Positions 48,417 through 58,687 of a stretch of DNA of 61,079 nt are shown one piece after another. The notes under the pieces were generated by a model, which saw only the letters and a list, made by a program, of their open reading frames with translations, was not told the DNA's origin and made no database searches. Origin of the DNA: Candidatus Kuenenia stuttgartensis. GTDB lineage: Bacteria; Planctomycetota; Planctomycetia; Planctomycetales; Planctomycetaceae. The first letter of the stretch is position 1. The number at the start of each line of letters is the position of its first letter. The DNA lies in contig CAMAXD010000001.1 of assembly GCA_945861975.1 (NCBI GenBank), positions 1-61,079 on the forward strand. Reading direction: 5' to 3'. The translations under genes were made by a program, and so were the position numbers.

Positions 48417-50081
48417 ATGTTGAAATTCAGAATCTGCCTAAACGTCGCATTGTGCCTGACAGTTGCGGCGGCAGTACAGAAGACTGCCGTGTCCGGAGAG
48501 AACCCCACTGAAACAGCCCTGAGCAAGATTGCGAAGATGAAAGTGGGGCCAAAGGACTGGCCGCAATGGGGCGGTAGCTACTCCCGCAACAATACTCCGG
48601 AAGGCAAAAATATCCCGACAACATGGGATGTTAACAGCGGTGAAAACATAGCGTGGTCAATGCCACTCGGATCAGAAACCTACGGCAATCCTGTCGTGGC
48701 AAACGGCAAGGTCTTCATCGGAACGAATAACGGTAACGGCTACATCAAGCGTTACCCAAGCTCGATCGACCTCGGGTGCCTTATCTGCATTGATGAAAAG
48801 TCTGGTGAGTTCCTTTGGCAGCACTCCAATGAAAAGCTTTCTACCGGCCGCGTTAACGATTGGCCTCATCAGGGCATTTGCTGTTCTCCGTACGTTGAAG
48901 GCGACCGTGCGTGGTACGTCAGCAGCCGCGGACACGTAGTCTGCCTCGATACAGACGGCTTTCGTGATGGAGAAAACGACGGTACTGTGACCGATGAGAA
49001 GGTTCAGGAGAAGGACGAGGCTGACGTTGTCTGGTCTCTCGATATGATGAAAGACCTGAAAGTTTCACAGCATAATATGTGCAGTTGCTCGGTAACCTGC
49101 GTCGGCGACCTTTTATTCGTCAATACAGCCAACGGTGTTGACGAAGGCCACATTACAATTCCCGAAGAGAAAGCCCCCAGCTTTGTCTGCCTGAATCGTG
49201 AAACAGGAAAAGTCCTCTGGACAGACAACTCCCCTGGCACAAATGTATTGCATGGTCAGTGGTCATCTCCAGCTTTTGGAGTTTTTGACGGAGTTGCTCA
49301 GGTCCTGTTTGGCGCCGGTGACGGCTATCTGTACAGCTTTGCCGCAGAGGGCAAAGACGGAAATGCAGAGTTGCTGTGGAAGTTTGACTGCAATCCAAAG
49401 GAGTCCATCTATCTGCTTGGCGGTCGGGCCACTCGAAACCATCTGATTGCTACTCCTGTCGTCTATGACGGCCTCATCTATATCGGCGTTGGCGAAGATC
49501 CTGAACATGGCGAAGGTCAGGGACATCTGTGGTGCATCGACCCGAAGAAACGCGGGGACGTTAGCCCAACCCTGGTCTTTAATTCCAAGGACCCGAAAAC
49601 CCCAATTACTCATAAACGACTTCAGGCCCTGGATGACAAGGCCGGGGACTTTGAACGTGAGAACCCGAACTCTGCCGCAGTTTGGCACTACACAGGAACT
49701 GATCCTTCTGTTTTCGAAAGCACGATGCACCGCACTTGTGGAACTGTAGCAATCAAGAATGACCTGCTGTTCGTTGCAGACTTCAGCGGACTGCTTCACT
49801 GCCTGAATGCAAAGACCGGTGAACCTCACTGGACTTACGACATGTTCGCAGCCTCATGGGCCTCTCCACTGATCGTCGAAGATCGGGTCTACATCGGCGA
49901 CGAAGACGGTGACATCGCCATCTTCAACCTGTCAGCCGAAATGGAAAAACTCGGCGAAGAGATCAACATGGGCTCATCCGTCTACACGACACCTGTCGTT
50001 GCCAATGACACCATGTTCATCGCCAATCGCAACCGCATCTACGCCATCAAAGAAGGCGCAAAGAGCGAACCTGCGAAATAG
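48417..50081 (+). CDS. secreted PQQ-like beta-propeller repeat protein (paralogue of the preceding gene's propeller)
   Basis: Signal MLKFRICLNVALCLTVAAAV. Has KDWPQWGGSYSRNN and blade repeats (GKVLWT, GEPHWTY, DRVYIGDEDG). Confidence 0.88.
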   Translation: MLKFRICLNVALCLTVAAAVQKTAVSGENPTETALSKIAKMKVGPKDWPQWGGSYSRNNTPEGKNIPTTWDVNSGENIAWSMPLGSETYGNPVVANGKVFIGTNNGNGYIKRYPSSIDLGCLICIDEKSGEFLWQHSNEKLSTGRVNDWPHQGICCSPYVEGDRAWYVSSRGHVVCLDTDGFRDGENDGTVTDEKVQEKDEADVVWSLDMMKDLKVSQHNMCSCSVTCVGDLLFVNTANGVDEGHITIPEEKAPSFVCLNRETGKVLWTDNSPGTNVLHGQWSSPAFGVFDGVAQVLFGAGDGYLYSFAAEGKDGNAELLWKFDCNPKESIYLLGGRATRNHLIATPVVYDGLIYIGVGEDPEHGEGQGHLWCIDPKKRGDVSPTLVFNSKDPKTPITHKRLQALDDKAGDFERENPNSAAVWHYTGTDPSVFESTMHRTCGTVAIKNDLLFVADFSGLLHCLNAKTGEPHWTYDMFAASWASPLIVEDRVYIGDEDGDIAIFNLSAEMEKLGEEINMGSSVYTTPVVANDTMFIANRNRIYAIKEGAKSEPAK

Positions 50082-50106
50082 TCGGCTGCACCTCACTGAA
50101 AAGCTT

Positions 50107-50143
50107 AGACCCCGTGTCAGATCATTCTGAGCGGGGTCTTTTT
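50107..50143 (+). terminator. intrinsic terminator after the second propeller gene (possibly bidirectional)
   Basis: AGACCCCG...TCAGA / TCTGA...CGGGGTCT extended stem followed by TTTTT. It abuts the 3' end of the minus-strand kinase remnant. Confidence 0.7.
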
Positions 50144-51385
50144 ATTGGGGAAGTTTGGATGGAACTTCCGCTGGCAGCTTCGCAGGATCAAGTTGATCAA
50201 CAAGTCCGGACAAATCCTGGCGTTTGCATAGCTCACAATACTCTGCAGAAGACCTGAGCCGTTTCCGGGTAACTGACAGCAAACAATTCCGTGTGGTGTT
50301 CAGCCCTACGCAAAGACGCCTCGGACTCTTCAAACTGACCGTACGTATATTGAAGCATCGCCAGCAGCCGATCAGCCTTCGGCAGTTGCCGATAGCTCTG
50401 CGCGCCATCAACCGTACCGATGATCATCTTTTCTAACAAAGCAACTGCATTCTTAAGATCCTTCTCAGCCAGTCTCAGATGTCACCTGCGCGTGTGGATC
50501 GCATCGCGACGAATCTGCATACCACCAAGCAGTTGCTTGAGATTCGCATAGGCCTCCCAGGCAACAGGATCAAACGCCTCTGCCTCTTTGACGAGAACAG
50601 GTGTGAGCACAGCGATTCCCTTATTCGCGGCCTTCTCGGCTGCTGCCAGTTCTCCAAAGTTCTGCATGGAAAGACCGACGTCAACGAGCGTAGAGGCACT
50701 TTACCGACGGTAATCTGCCTGATCGGTCTCTTTAGGAGTTTCTGGTAGATCTTTGCGGCCGCTTCAAATCGTGCGAGAGCCTCCTGTTCTTCGGAGAGTT
50801 GCAGAAGAACGTGCCACTCTGCTGCAGACCTTCGGCGCGTATCACACGACTCTCGATCGAATCGCCTTTCAGACTGGCGAATGTCTCGTACTTCTGCAGA
50901 AACTCACGATCCGAATCTATCAGCTCAGCCTGCGATCCTAACTTTTAGGCAACGACATCGTCAAAAAGGGTCCTTAAAGCCTGAAGAGTTCGAATATTAG
51001 TGGAATGAGAATCCTCCATCGCCAATTCAAGCTTCTCATATTGTTGGACTGACGTTCCTGATTCTTCTGCCCCAGAGCGACGGTTCCTGCTGCTCCTGCC
51101 AGTGAAGCGATCAACACTCCCGTCGCCGACGCAGCAGCAAGTCCGGGCCGGCGACGAATCCATCGCCCCAGCCTGATAAAGATCAAGTCACGGCAGACAT
51201 TGACTGACTCTCCTGCAAGATATCGCTCAATATCCTGAGCCATAGAAACAGCCAAGACGTAACGATCTGCCCGACGGATCTCCATCGCCTGGCAACAGAT
51301 GGCCTCCAGAGCAACCGGAATCACAGGATTCACTTCATGCAATGAAAAACCGCCGTCCCAGCTTAGTCGTCCCTGGAAAAGTCGC
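50142..51385 (-). pseudogene. remnant of a Ser/Thr kinase gene: the last kinase subdomains, a TM segment and a TPR-like tail scattered over at least 3 frames; catalytic core absent
   Basis: ORF 50974..51342 reads VNPVIPVALEAICCQAMEIRRADRY...AQDIERYLAGE then RWIRRRPGLAAASATGVLIASLAG, a typical STK end plus TM. Downstream pieces (50945..51163, 50475..50699, 50482..50667, 50233..50439, 50142..50411) continue TPR-like text in shifting frames. An in-frame stop lies at about 51385 and there is no N-lobe. Confidence 0.6.
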
Positions 51386-51403
51386 TAACCGGTTTTCGAA
51401 GAA

Positions 51404-51937
51404 TTGGCTCGACGTGATCTTAAGGGGTCGTTTTGTTTCCGCCTTATTCTTTTGTCTCAGATCAGCGGCACCATAACGAAGCAGCCCGGATTGGAAACAG
51501 CTGTTTTCTTCAGACTCCCTCGAAGAACCATTCTGTCAATCGTCGAAAAACATTCAAAGATTACCCTGACCACAAATGAGGGCAATTCGTTGTCGCTGGA
51601 GGAACTCTTCGACGGATATTTTCAGATCGTCGTCAATGAAAATCCGTCAGAAGCCACGATCACCCTCAGGAGTGCTGAGCTTCCGGCTAAGTCGACGAGC
51701 AATTTCCTTATCGACGGCACGTTTATTCTTATCACAAGAGCCGACCTTAAGACCGTCGACGTAGACCTGAAACTGGTAGAGGGCACGAAGATTAAATTCG
51801 GCCCAGCCCAACTAAGCGTCAATCAGATTGGTCCGGCATTTGAGGGGACCCTTTCAAGCAGTCATTCAAACTCAGTGGTCCCCAACCAGCCAATACGATC
51901 CAAAAGGTCGAATTTCTTTACGATAAGGACGAGGTGA
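51404..51937 (+). CDS. hypothetical protein (weak; no ATG anywhere in the ORF)
   Basis: 177-codon ORF starting at TTG. The composition is beta-rich and protein-like, but I recognise no motif and it has no internal Met. It could be a gene fragment. Confidence 0.3.
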   Translation: MARRDLKGSFCFRLILLSQISGTITKQPGLETAVFFRLPRRTILSIVEKHSKITLTTNEGNSLSLEELFDGYFQIVVNENPSEATITLRSAELPAKSTSNFLIDGTFILITRADLKTVDVDLKLVEGTKIKFGPAQLSVNQIGPAFEGTLSSSHSNSVVPNQPIRSKRSNFFTIRTR

Positions 51938-53011
51938 TTGAGAGCAGTAAGAGCGGTTCTGGTAGCTTTGGAGTCGGTGAGAAAAGACTTCTTCGAAGTC
52001 GTGGCAAATCGCAACCGACGCCAAAACGTCGAAGGCTCGCGTGTCCTGCTTCAGCAAGACCGCCCCTGCAAACCTGACGTTTGACATGCATGGAGCTCTG
52101 AAATGATCCTTCACACTCCCCAGACCATGCCTTGTAGCTCAATAGAGTGCGAGGTGATCATTGCTTAAGGGTGCATCGGTGGGGATCAATCCGCTTCGGA
52201 GCTTCGCAACATCCCAAAGATTTAAACGATGTCATCGTGGTGCCCATGCAGTGCATGCCTCTTCAACCACGAATTACGCACTTTGAGAAGCTGCACTCAA
52301 TCGCAAACGGCCTGTCCCACCCACAGAAAGTTGCCGGAAAGTCGCACGATACGAAGATGCGGCAGAACCTGAGCCTGTGGCATGACACCACTGACCTGTC
52401 TTTTCGATTCCGCTGAGCACCGCTACTCGCGAAAAACGCCGCAGAAGTAAATCCACTAACTAGCGCAACGTAAGCCCTCGGAATTTTCACTTCCGATTAA
52501 AGCGACAACTCGTCGCATAAGAGACCGTTTTCCGCGATCTGCCGAAAACGGGGGCGCCCGCCAATGACTAGCCCTTGCGATGTCGAATTTTTGCGCGCAT
52601 ACGGCGCTTCTTGCGACCAATTTTTCGTCGACCTTTGCCCGTCTTCTTCGTACCCATGAGCCAATAATCTCCGGACTTCGAACTTGAGTGCCACTTCGGA
52701 AGGGGCGAAGAATAACAATCCCTGGCAATTCATTCAAATCACGATCGCTGCCGTTCTTTCGACAAAGAGAAACCCGCAACTTTGACATCTTCTAACCGGC
52801 AGCGAAATTAGGAGAATCAGCACGGCAAAGGATTGCGGGTTGACGCACACCTGAGTTGCCAACGTTTTTGCGACTTTCAGCCAGAATCGACAAGAAGTAG
52901 GTCGTCAAAAAGGCTTGAAAGAGGAAAGGCCAGCCTGAAAATGCCTGATTGCTGTCAGACAAACTCCGGCTGGCCTCGTCGTTCGAATCGCGATCACTAA
53001 CAAAAAAGAAG

Positions 53012-53425
53012 TTATTCTTTAGTGAGGGTGCACGTCTGCGTGATGTTGTAACCCGCGCAAAAACGCATTAATCCCCAGGAAACGTTGGTGGCGGGAACTG
53101 ACACTGTCGCAGTCGCCGTTGTAGCGGCATTGACAATAGTACAACTCGCGCCCGTTCCCAGACCAACGATGTTCATCTGTCGCAACCCCTCGGACTGCGC
53201 CTGAGCCACCGTCCCACCCGGTATGATGAGTTTGCGAGCGGCCTCGTACGAAGCATTCCCTGCGGTTTGACGAGCAAAATTCAGAGCTGTTAACTCCAAT
53301 CCACCAAGGAACAGAAGGAAGATCAGAGGAGCAACGATCGCAAATTCAACAGTAAGTACTCCCCTGCGGCTAGTGCCCACGCGAGGAGAATGCTGAATCT
53401 TGTTTTCTACGTTATTCATGGTCAT
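53012..53425 (-). CDS. TadE-like (Flp pilus assembly / pseudopilin-like) protein
   Basis: N-terminus RRGVLTVEFAIVAPLIFLLFLGGLEL, the TadE family signature. 137 aa. Confidence 0.8.
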   Translation of the reverse strand: MTMNNVENKIQHSPRVGTSRRGVLTVEFAIVAPLIFLLFLGGLELTALNFARQTAGNASYEAARKLIIPGGTVAQAQSEGLRQMNIVGLGTGASCTIVNAATTATATVSVPATNVSWGLMRFCAGYNITQTCTLTKE

Positions 53426-53453
53426 CTCTTAATATTTAGTCCAGCCAGCGTGA

Positions 53454-54674
53454 TCAGTCTGTCAACACGATTGGAAGCTGTTTCGCCAGGTCACGAAACG
53501 CTTGCTGCAATTGAGCAGCATTCTGCGTCGCGTAATACTGACCTCCTGTGATCGCTGCGACTTGCGTCAACGTTGCCTGCGTCGATGTCATCATGCTCAC
53601 ACAGTGAACCGTAATCCCTGCGGCAGCCGCGTCCTGTGCAGCAAGCACCGGATCTCGTCCCGCATTCCACTGACCATCCGTTAACAGAATAATGACCTTG
53701 CTGGATAAAGCTCGACCATTCGCACCCATCAACACAGAGACAGCCCGATCAAGACCTGCCGAAAGCGTTGTGCCACCACCGATCGCACTGTTGGAACGAG
53801 TCGCAATAACGTTCTCAATCGCAGTTCGATTGGTCGACCAGACAAAAGAGCCCGCCGCCGGCAGGTTGTAATCTGTGTCCACAAGCGTGTAGCTCGTGTA
53901 GGGATGATAAGGAAGCGTCATGGCACTGCTCCAGGTGACAAGAGCTGTACGCGGCGGGTACTGAAACTGTCCGGCTTCATCAAGAAAGATGTTGACCGCA
54001 CTTCTCATGATAGCCCACCGGCTGGCGGTGGTCTGTGGAGGCGAACAGTAGTTCCGATACATCGAGTTCGGATAAAAACCCGACGAGTACAGTAACGGAT
54101 TTGGCGATGGGTACGACCAGTCATTTCCCGTCATATCGAACATCATCGAACCAGAACGGTCGATGCACAGGCAGACCTCAACTTCCTGCTGTCCTGCGGT
54201 TGCCTGAGCTGCAGTGGAAAACGGAGCATGTCCAAGTGCCGGAGCAAAGAACATATCCATGGCTGGTGTCACCCCACCGTTGCCAATTTTCGCGTTCACT
54301 CGAACTGAGTTGAACGGCGTGGCATTCGCAGTGAACGTCCAGGTTCCGTTCGTTTGCCCGGTGACTCGACCAAGCGTTACGTCATTCGTGGTAATTGCGT
54401 AGGTACGACCACCAACTTTGTTGAGCCCGGCATATTGAACTGCCGCAGCCTTGGCCTCATTCCCATCCTGGGTTCGGGCCAGTGCTTCTGCACCAGCCTT
54501 TGCCGCAGCATCGGTCGCCGTTCGCAGCTCTGTTCGAATCAGTTGCATGTAGGCAAAGTCGACGGTCATTGCCGCCACCAGCACAAAAGTAAATAACATC
54601 GCGGCAATCAACACATGGGCCGCTCCATGTCGCTGACGATCAGTGTAACGCTGAAATCGAAACGAACGTTTCAT
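53454..54674 (-). CDS. TadG-like N-terminal domain protein with C-terminal von Willebrand factor A domain
   Basis: Has RHGAAHVLIAAMLFTFVLVAAMTVDFAYM (Tad/pilus-assembly N-terminal motif) and the vWA MIDAS-like motif CIDRSGSM, with later LLTDGQ. Confidence 0.85.
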   Translation of the reverse strand: MKRSFRFQRYTDRQRHGAAHVLIAAMLFTFVLVAAMTVDFAYMQLIRTELRTATDAAAKAGAEALARTQDGNEAKAAAVQYAGLNKVGGRTYAITTNDVTLGRVTGQTNGTWTFTANATPFNSVRVNAKIGNGGVTPAMDMFFAPALGHAPFSTAAQATAGQQEVEVCLCIDRSGSMMFDMTGNDWSYPSPNPLLYSSGFYPNSMYRNYCSPPQTTASRWAIMRSAVNIFLDEAGQFQYPPRTALVTWSSAMTLPYHPYTSYTLVDTDYNLPAAGSFVWSTNRTAIENVIATRSNSAIGGGTTLSAGLDRAVSVLMGANGRALSSKVIILLTDGQWNAGRDPVLAAQDAAAAGITVHCVSMMTSTQATLTQVAAITGGQYYATQNAAQLQQAFRDLAKQLPIVLTD

Positions 54675-54749
54675 ACCTAAACCCTTTCATCACAGCTCAC
54701 ATTCGACGGACTCACGCAGCCGCCGCGAACTTGTAAATTGCAAGTTTCA

Positions 54750-55148
54750 CTACAGCCGAACCATCACCACAGTTGTGCTGAGTGTCTTCCCGGTCATGAA
54801 CTGCATCGGACCATAAGACAGATTCGACGCGGGTGCTGACAAGGTCACTGCCACCTGAGTTCCACGTGCGGTTGCAGTCGTCACGGTTGGAGAAAACGTC
54901 AGCGTATATGTACTCACTTTGCGAACAGTCATGATCTCCTGGCAACGAGTTCGAGCCAACACTTCGTTCGTTCCAGGACGAGTGATCACCTTGGCGGCTT
55001 CGTATGCTGCCATGTTCATGGACTGCCGCAGGAATACAGCGTTTGCCATTTCCATCGCGCCAAAGACAAGCGTAATCAGCAATGGCAGAGAAACGGCCAT
55101 CTCAAGAACCGCAGTGCCGCTTCGCCTCAAGACTCCACGCTTATTCAT
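54750..55148 (-). CDS. TadE-like protein
   Basis: Has RRSGTAVLEMAVSLPLLITLVFGAMEM. Start placed at ATG 55146-55148. The ORF is open to 55238. Confidence 0.8.
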   Translation of the reverse strand: MNKRGVLRRSGTAVLEMAVSLPLLITLVFGAMEMANAVFLRQSMNMAAYEAAKVITRPGTNEVLARTRCQEIMTVRKVSTYTLTFSPTVTTATARGTQVAVTLSAPASNLSYGPMQFMTGKTLSTTVVMVRL

Positions 55149-55451
55149 GTGCAGACAGGAAACTTCGCTTTGCAGAGTTGTATTGATCTTTTTCACTGGA
55201 AAAACTCTGACTGGAGTCAGGAAACCAGAAACCACCATGTGATCTGTAGGTCGAAATCCGCCCTACCATGACAAGTTCCTGCCGTAACAATCAGAGAAAT
55301 CACTCCAGCCGTACGAACATGAGGGATATCAACAGCGTGAGGATCATTCAGAACTCAACGACGTGTTGATCTCCGGCATCACCCCTCACAAAAACAAGTC
55401 GATTTGAATGCTTTTTGCATCTCAACCTTACGGAAACCTGACCACAGTACG

Positions 55452-55483
55452 AAAAAAAAGCCTGCCCCGGAGAAGGACAGGCT
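55452..55483 (-). terminator. intrinsic terminator of ndk (minus strand)
   Basis: On the minus strand: AGCCTGTCC / GGGCAGGCT stem (one mismatch) followed by T8. About 80 nt after the ndk stop. Confidence 0.7.
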
Positions 55484-55563
55484 CTTGAATCAGGATCTGG
55501 TTAAGCAGGATCGATGTCACCACCGCCTGAGCATCCAAAAACACCGACAATTTGCTTCGTCAA

Positions 55564-56031
55564 CTATTCCTCTTCCTTCGCCCACAAATGCGATGTCAAC
55601 GCATCTGGCGCTGAAACAATTTCTTCTGATCGGAAATAGGTTGCGATCTCTTTCGAGGCTGCATCGGGACCATCGCTGCCATGGATCAGATTCATCTGGC
55701 GACTTGCTCCCAGATCACCACGGATCGTTCCCGGTGCTGACTCACGCGCATTCGTCTTACCCATGAGCGTTCTCATGACAGTAATGGCTTCCGGACCTTC
55801 AACAACCATCGCCACAACCGGGCCTGACGTAATGAAGGCTTCCAGTTCCTTGTAAAAAGACTTGGCGACATGCTCGGCATAGTGCTGCTTGCTCAGTTCT
55901 GGAGTGACCTGCAACATCTTCATCCCGACGATGCTCAGACCCTTGTCTTCAATTCGCGAAACAATCCGTCCAATCAGACGTCGCTGCACACCGTCTGGCT
56001 TCACAAGTATCAGAGTTCGCTCAATCGCCAT
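55564..56031 (-). CDS. ndk: nucleoside-diphosphate kinase
   Basis: Reads MAIERTLILVKPDGVQRRLIG...GPVVAMVVEG...GTIRGD...NLIHGSD (active-site His). Start at ATG 56029-56031. Confidence 0.93.
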   Translation of the reverse strand: MAIERTLILVKPDGVQRRLIGRIVSRIEDKGLSIVGMKMLQVTPELSKQHYAEHVAKSFYKELEAFITSGPVVAMVVEGPEAITVMRTLMGKTNARESAPGTIRGDLGASRQMNLIHGSDGPDAASKEIATYFRSEEIVSAPDALTSHLWAKEEE

Positions 56032-56131
56032 TTCAAGAACCTTTAAGATCAAATAAGTGGGTTAACAAATCGACTGCACCACGCAGATTTTCAGCAGCAG
56101 CCACGAAAAAATCGGTACAGGCCCCGAAACA

Positions 56132-57271
56132 TCAGGCAGGAGTACCCTGCATCATTTCAAGAAACTCAGTGAACAGGTAGTGACTATCATGAGGTCCAGC
56201 GGCCGCTTCCGGATGATACTGAACACCAAAAGCCTGATGGAGCTTATGGCGAATCCCCTCAACTGTCTGATCGTTGAGATTCACGTGGGTTACTTCCACA
56301 TCGTCCGGCAGAGTGGCTGCATCGACCGCAAAGCCGTGGTTCTGTGATGTAATTTCCACTTTTCCGGTTCGACGGTTCAGCACCGGCTGATTGGCTCCGC
56401 GATGCCCAAACCGAAGCTTGTACGTCTTGCCTCCGAAGGCCAGACCCAACAACTGCAGCCCAAGGCAGATCCCGAATACAGGCTTCTTACCAAGCAGTCC
56501 CTGAATAGTTTCAATCGCGTAAGTCAATGGCTCCGGATCTCCCGGACCATTCGACAAAAACACTCCATCCGGATTAAGGGCCAGAATCTGCTCGGCCGTT
56601 GCCGTTCCCGGCACCACGGTCACTCGACATCCTGCGTCGCGAAGATAACGAGCAATGTTCCACTTCATTCCGTAATCAATCGCGACGACGTGCGGACCAT
56701 CCGTTCGCTCAGCACCAGACACAAAGTCCGACGGCCTGCCCAGCTCACTGAGTGGTGCATCCCAACCACATGACTCCTGAGGCATTACCTCCTGAACAAG
56801 GTCGCGACCCACCAGGGCAGGAGCCTCCTGAACCTTTTTCAACAAAGAAGCATCATCCAGATCCACGGTGGACAACACACCTTTCATGGCACCCTGTGTG
56901 CGAATCTGACGAACCAATGATCGTGTATCAATGCCCTGAATCCCGACGATCCCGTTTCGCTTGAGATAGCTATCCAATGATTCCGAGGATCGATAGTTAC
57001 TGGGAATCTCGCATAACTCTTTGACGATAAAACCTTTAAGGAACAGACCCCTGCTTTCAACATCCTCCTGATTGACTCCATAGTTTCCAATCAGTGGATA
57101 GGTCATCGTGACAATCTGACCGTTGTACGAGGGATCTGTCAAAATCTCCTGATACCCAGTCATACTTGTATTGAACACAACTTCCCCGTGCACTTCGCCG
57201 TCTGCACCAAAGGCTGTTCCGGTATAGATTTTCCCGTTCGCCAGTACCAGCTTTGCAGGACGACTTGCCAT
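56132..57271 (-). CDS. carA: carbamoyl-phosphate synthase small (glutaminase) subunit
   Basis: Reads LVLANGKIYTG..FG...GEVVFNTSMTGYQEILTDPSY.GQIV, GICLGLQLL (catalytic Cys), and QYHPEA. Start at ATG 57269-57271. carB is not adjacent. Confidence 0.93.
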   Translation of the reverse strand: MASRPAKLVLANGKIYTGTAFGADGEVHGEVVFNTSMTGYQEILTDPSYNGQIVTMTYPLIGNYGVNQEDVESRGLFLKGFIVKELCEIPSNYRSSESLDSYLKRNGIVGIQGIDTRSLVRQIRTQGAMKGVLSTVDLDDASLLKKVQEAPALVGRDLVQEVMPQESCGWDAPLSELGRPSDFVSGAERTDGPHVVAIDYGMKWNIARYLRDAGCRVTVVPGTATAEQILALNPDGVFLSNGPGDPEPLTYAIETIQGLLGKKPVFGICLGLQLLGLAFGGKTYKLRFGHRGANQPVLNRRTGKVEITSQNHGFAVDAATLPDDVEVTHVNLNDQTVEGIRHKLHQAFGVQYHPEAAAGPHDSHYLFTEFLEMMQGTPA

Positions 57272-57544
57272 GCCAAAATTCTCCCAGGGTCCGCGCGTAG
57301 AACGACCGCAGTTGAAAAACACCTTTGTTTGTGAAATCTACCAAGCGATCGGAGGAGCTTAAAGCTGTCGACCGGCTGGACCCTGAGTTTCGCAAATTTC
57401 GTAGTACCGTTATTCTTCCACCTCAGACAACTGAGAGACTCGAATTCAGGTCCGCTACAGACCCGCAGTGCCCTGCAGGCCCCTGGAAATTCCTGCCTGA
57501 TCTGTCGTGAATGACTCGGGCAATCCCGTCGCCAGCAAAAGAAC

Positions 57545-58405
57545 ATGACCGTACCCGTCGTAACCAGATTCGCTCCCAGCCCGACAGGCCTGCTCCACAC
57601 TGGCCACGCATTTTCAGCCTTATTCACCTATGAATCCGCCCGAAGATCTGAAGGACCGTTTATCCTCAGGATCGAGGATCTCGATTTCACTCGATGTCGG
57701 CCGGAATTCGAAACCGCCATTGAAGAGGACCTGGGCTGGCTGGGGATCACATGGGAACTCCCAGTCCGTCGACAGTCAGATCACCTGTCAGATTTCGCAG
57801 CAGCGGCTGATTCCCTGCAACAACAAGGTTTGCTCTATCCCTGCTTCTGCACTCGAAAAGACATCCAGCAGGAAATCAACGCCGCCGGAGGCGCGCCACA
57901 CGGTCCCGATGGCCCCGTTTATCCCGGTACTTGTAAACACCTTTCCCCCGCAGAACGTGACGACCGCATCGCCGCAGGACAGTCATTTGCTCTCAGGCTG
58001 AATCTTGAAAAAGCGATCAGGATCACAGGCTCTGACCTGCCATGGCGAGATCTCGCCAAAGGCTGGCAGACGGCGAGGCCGGAGATCTTCGGGGATATCG
58101 TTCTGATCCGAAAAGATATTGGATCGAGCTACCATCTGGCGGTCGTTCATGATGATGCGCTTCAAGGTGTTACTCGTGTGACACGCGGAATGGACCTCTT
58201 CAGTGCGACTCACATCCAAAGAGTTCTGCAGTCACTACTGGTCCTGCCGACTCCCGAATACCATCATCATCAACTCATCTGCGATAACAATGGGAAACGT
58301 CTCGCCAAACGGGACAATGCTGAAAGCCTGCGATCGATACGAGATCGTGGAATCACGGCCCAAGAGCTTCGTGCGAAGCTCTTCGCAGACATGCCGTACA
58401 AGTGA
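57545..58405 (+). CDS. gluQ: tRNA glutamyl-Q(34) synthetase (truncated GluRS paralogue)
   Basis: Has RFAPSPTGLLHTGH (HIGH-type), ILRIEDLD, and YPCFCTRKD (Zn site). 286 aa with no anticodon-binding domain, as expected for GluQRS. Confidence 0.88.
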   Translation: MTVPVVTRFAPSPTGLLHTGHAFSALFTYESARRSEGPFILRIEDLDFTRCRPEFETAIEEDLGWLGITWELPVRRQSDHLSDFAAAADSLQQQGLLYPCFCTRKDIQQEINAAGGAPHGPDGPVYPGTCKHLSPAERDDRIAAGQSFALRLNLEKAIRITGSDLPWRDLAKGWQTARPEIFGDIVLIRKDIGSSYHLAVVHDDALQGVTRVTRGMDLFSATHIQRVLQSLLVLPTPEYHHHQLICDNNGKRLAKRDNAESLRSIRDRGITAQELRAKLFADMPYK

Positions 58406-58687
58406 CAATACTGCTGGACAGCCTCAGTCACAGCAAAGGCTCAGTCAATTCATAGCCTGAGAAAAATTCGGCCGCAATACAGTTAGTACAGAAAAAGCCA
58501 TTTGGCCCCCATACTTCCCGCTTCGAGCAGAACATCGCTTCCGCTACCACTCAACCGCGCGACGCCACTTAAGAAGAACACTGGAGTTCGCGTAACGGAC
58601 GGACTGCTCATTTTTCACTCGGTACTCTCAGAATCTCAACCACATCACTCAGGCAGATGTGAATCATAAAATTCTATCGAGGCAAAG

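Noticed and set aside
52456-52788. 110-aa ATG-initiated minus-strand ORF in the gene-poor tract (with overlapping 52497..52733).
   Set aside because: It is extremely basic, has no motifs and overlaps another ORF in a different frame. There is no support beyond being open.
52921-52935. GAGGAAAGGCCAGCC, reminiscent of the RNase P RNA P4 'GAGGAAAGUCCGGGC' element.
   Set aside because: Only a partial match. None of the other universally conserved RNase P RNA blocks are visible in the surrounding 400 nt on either strand. More likely it is part of a hairpin (GGCCAGCC...GGCTGGCC) downstream of the TadE gene.
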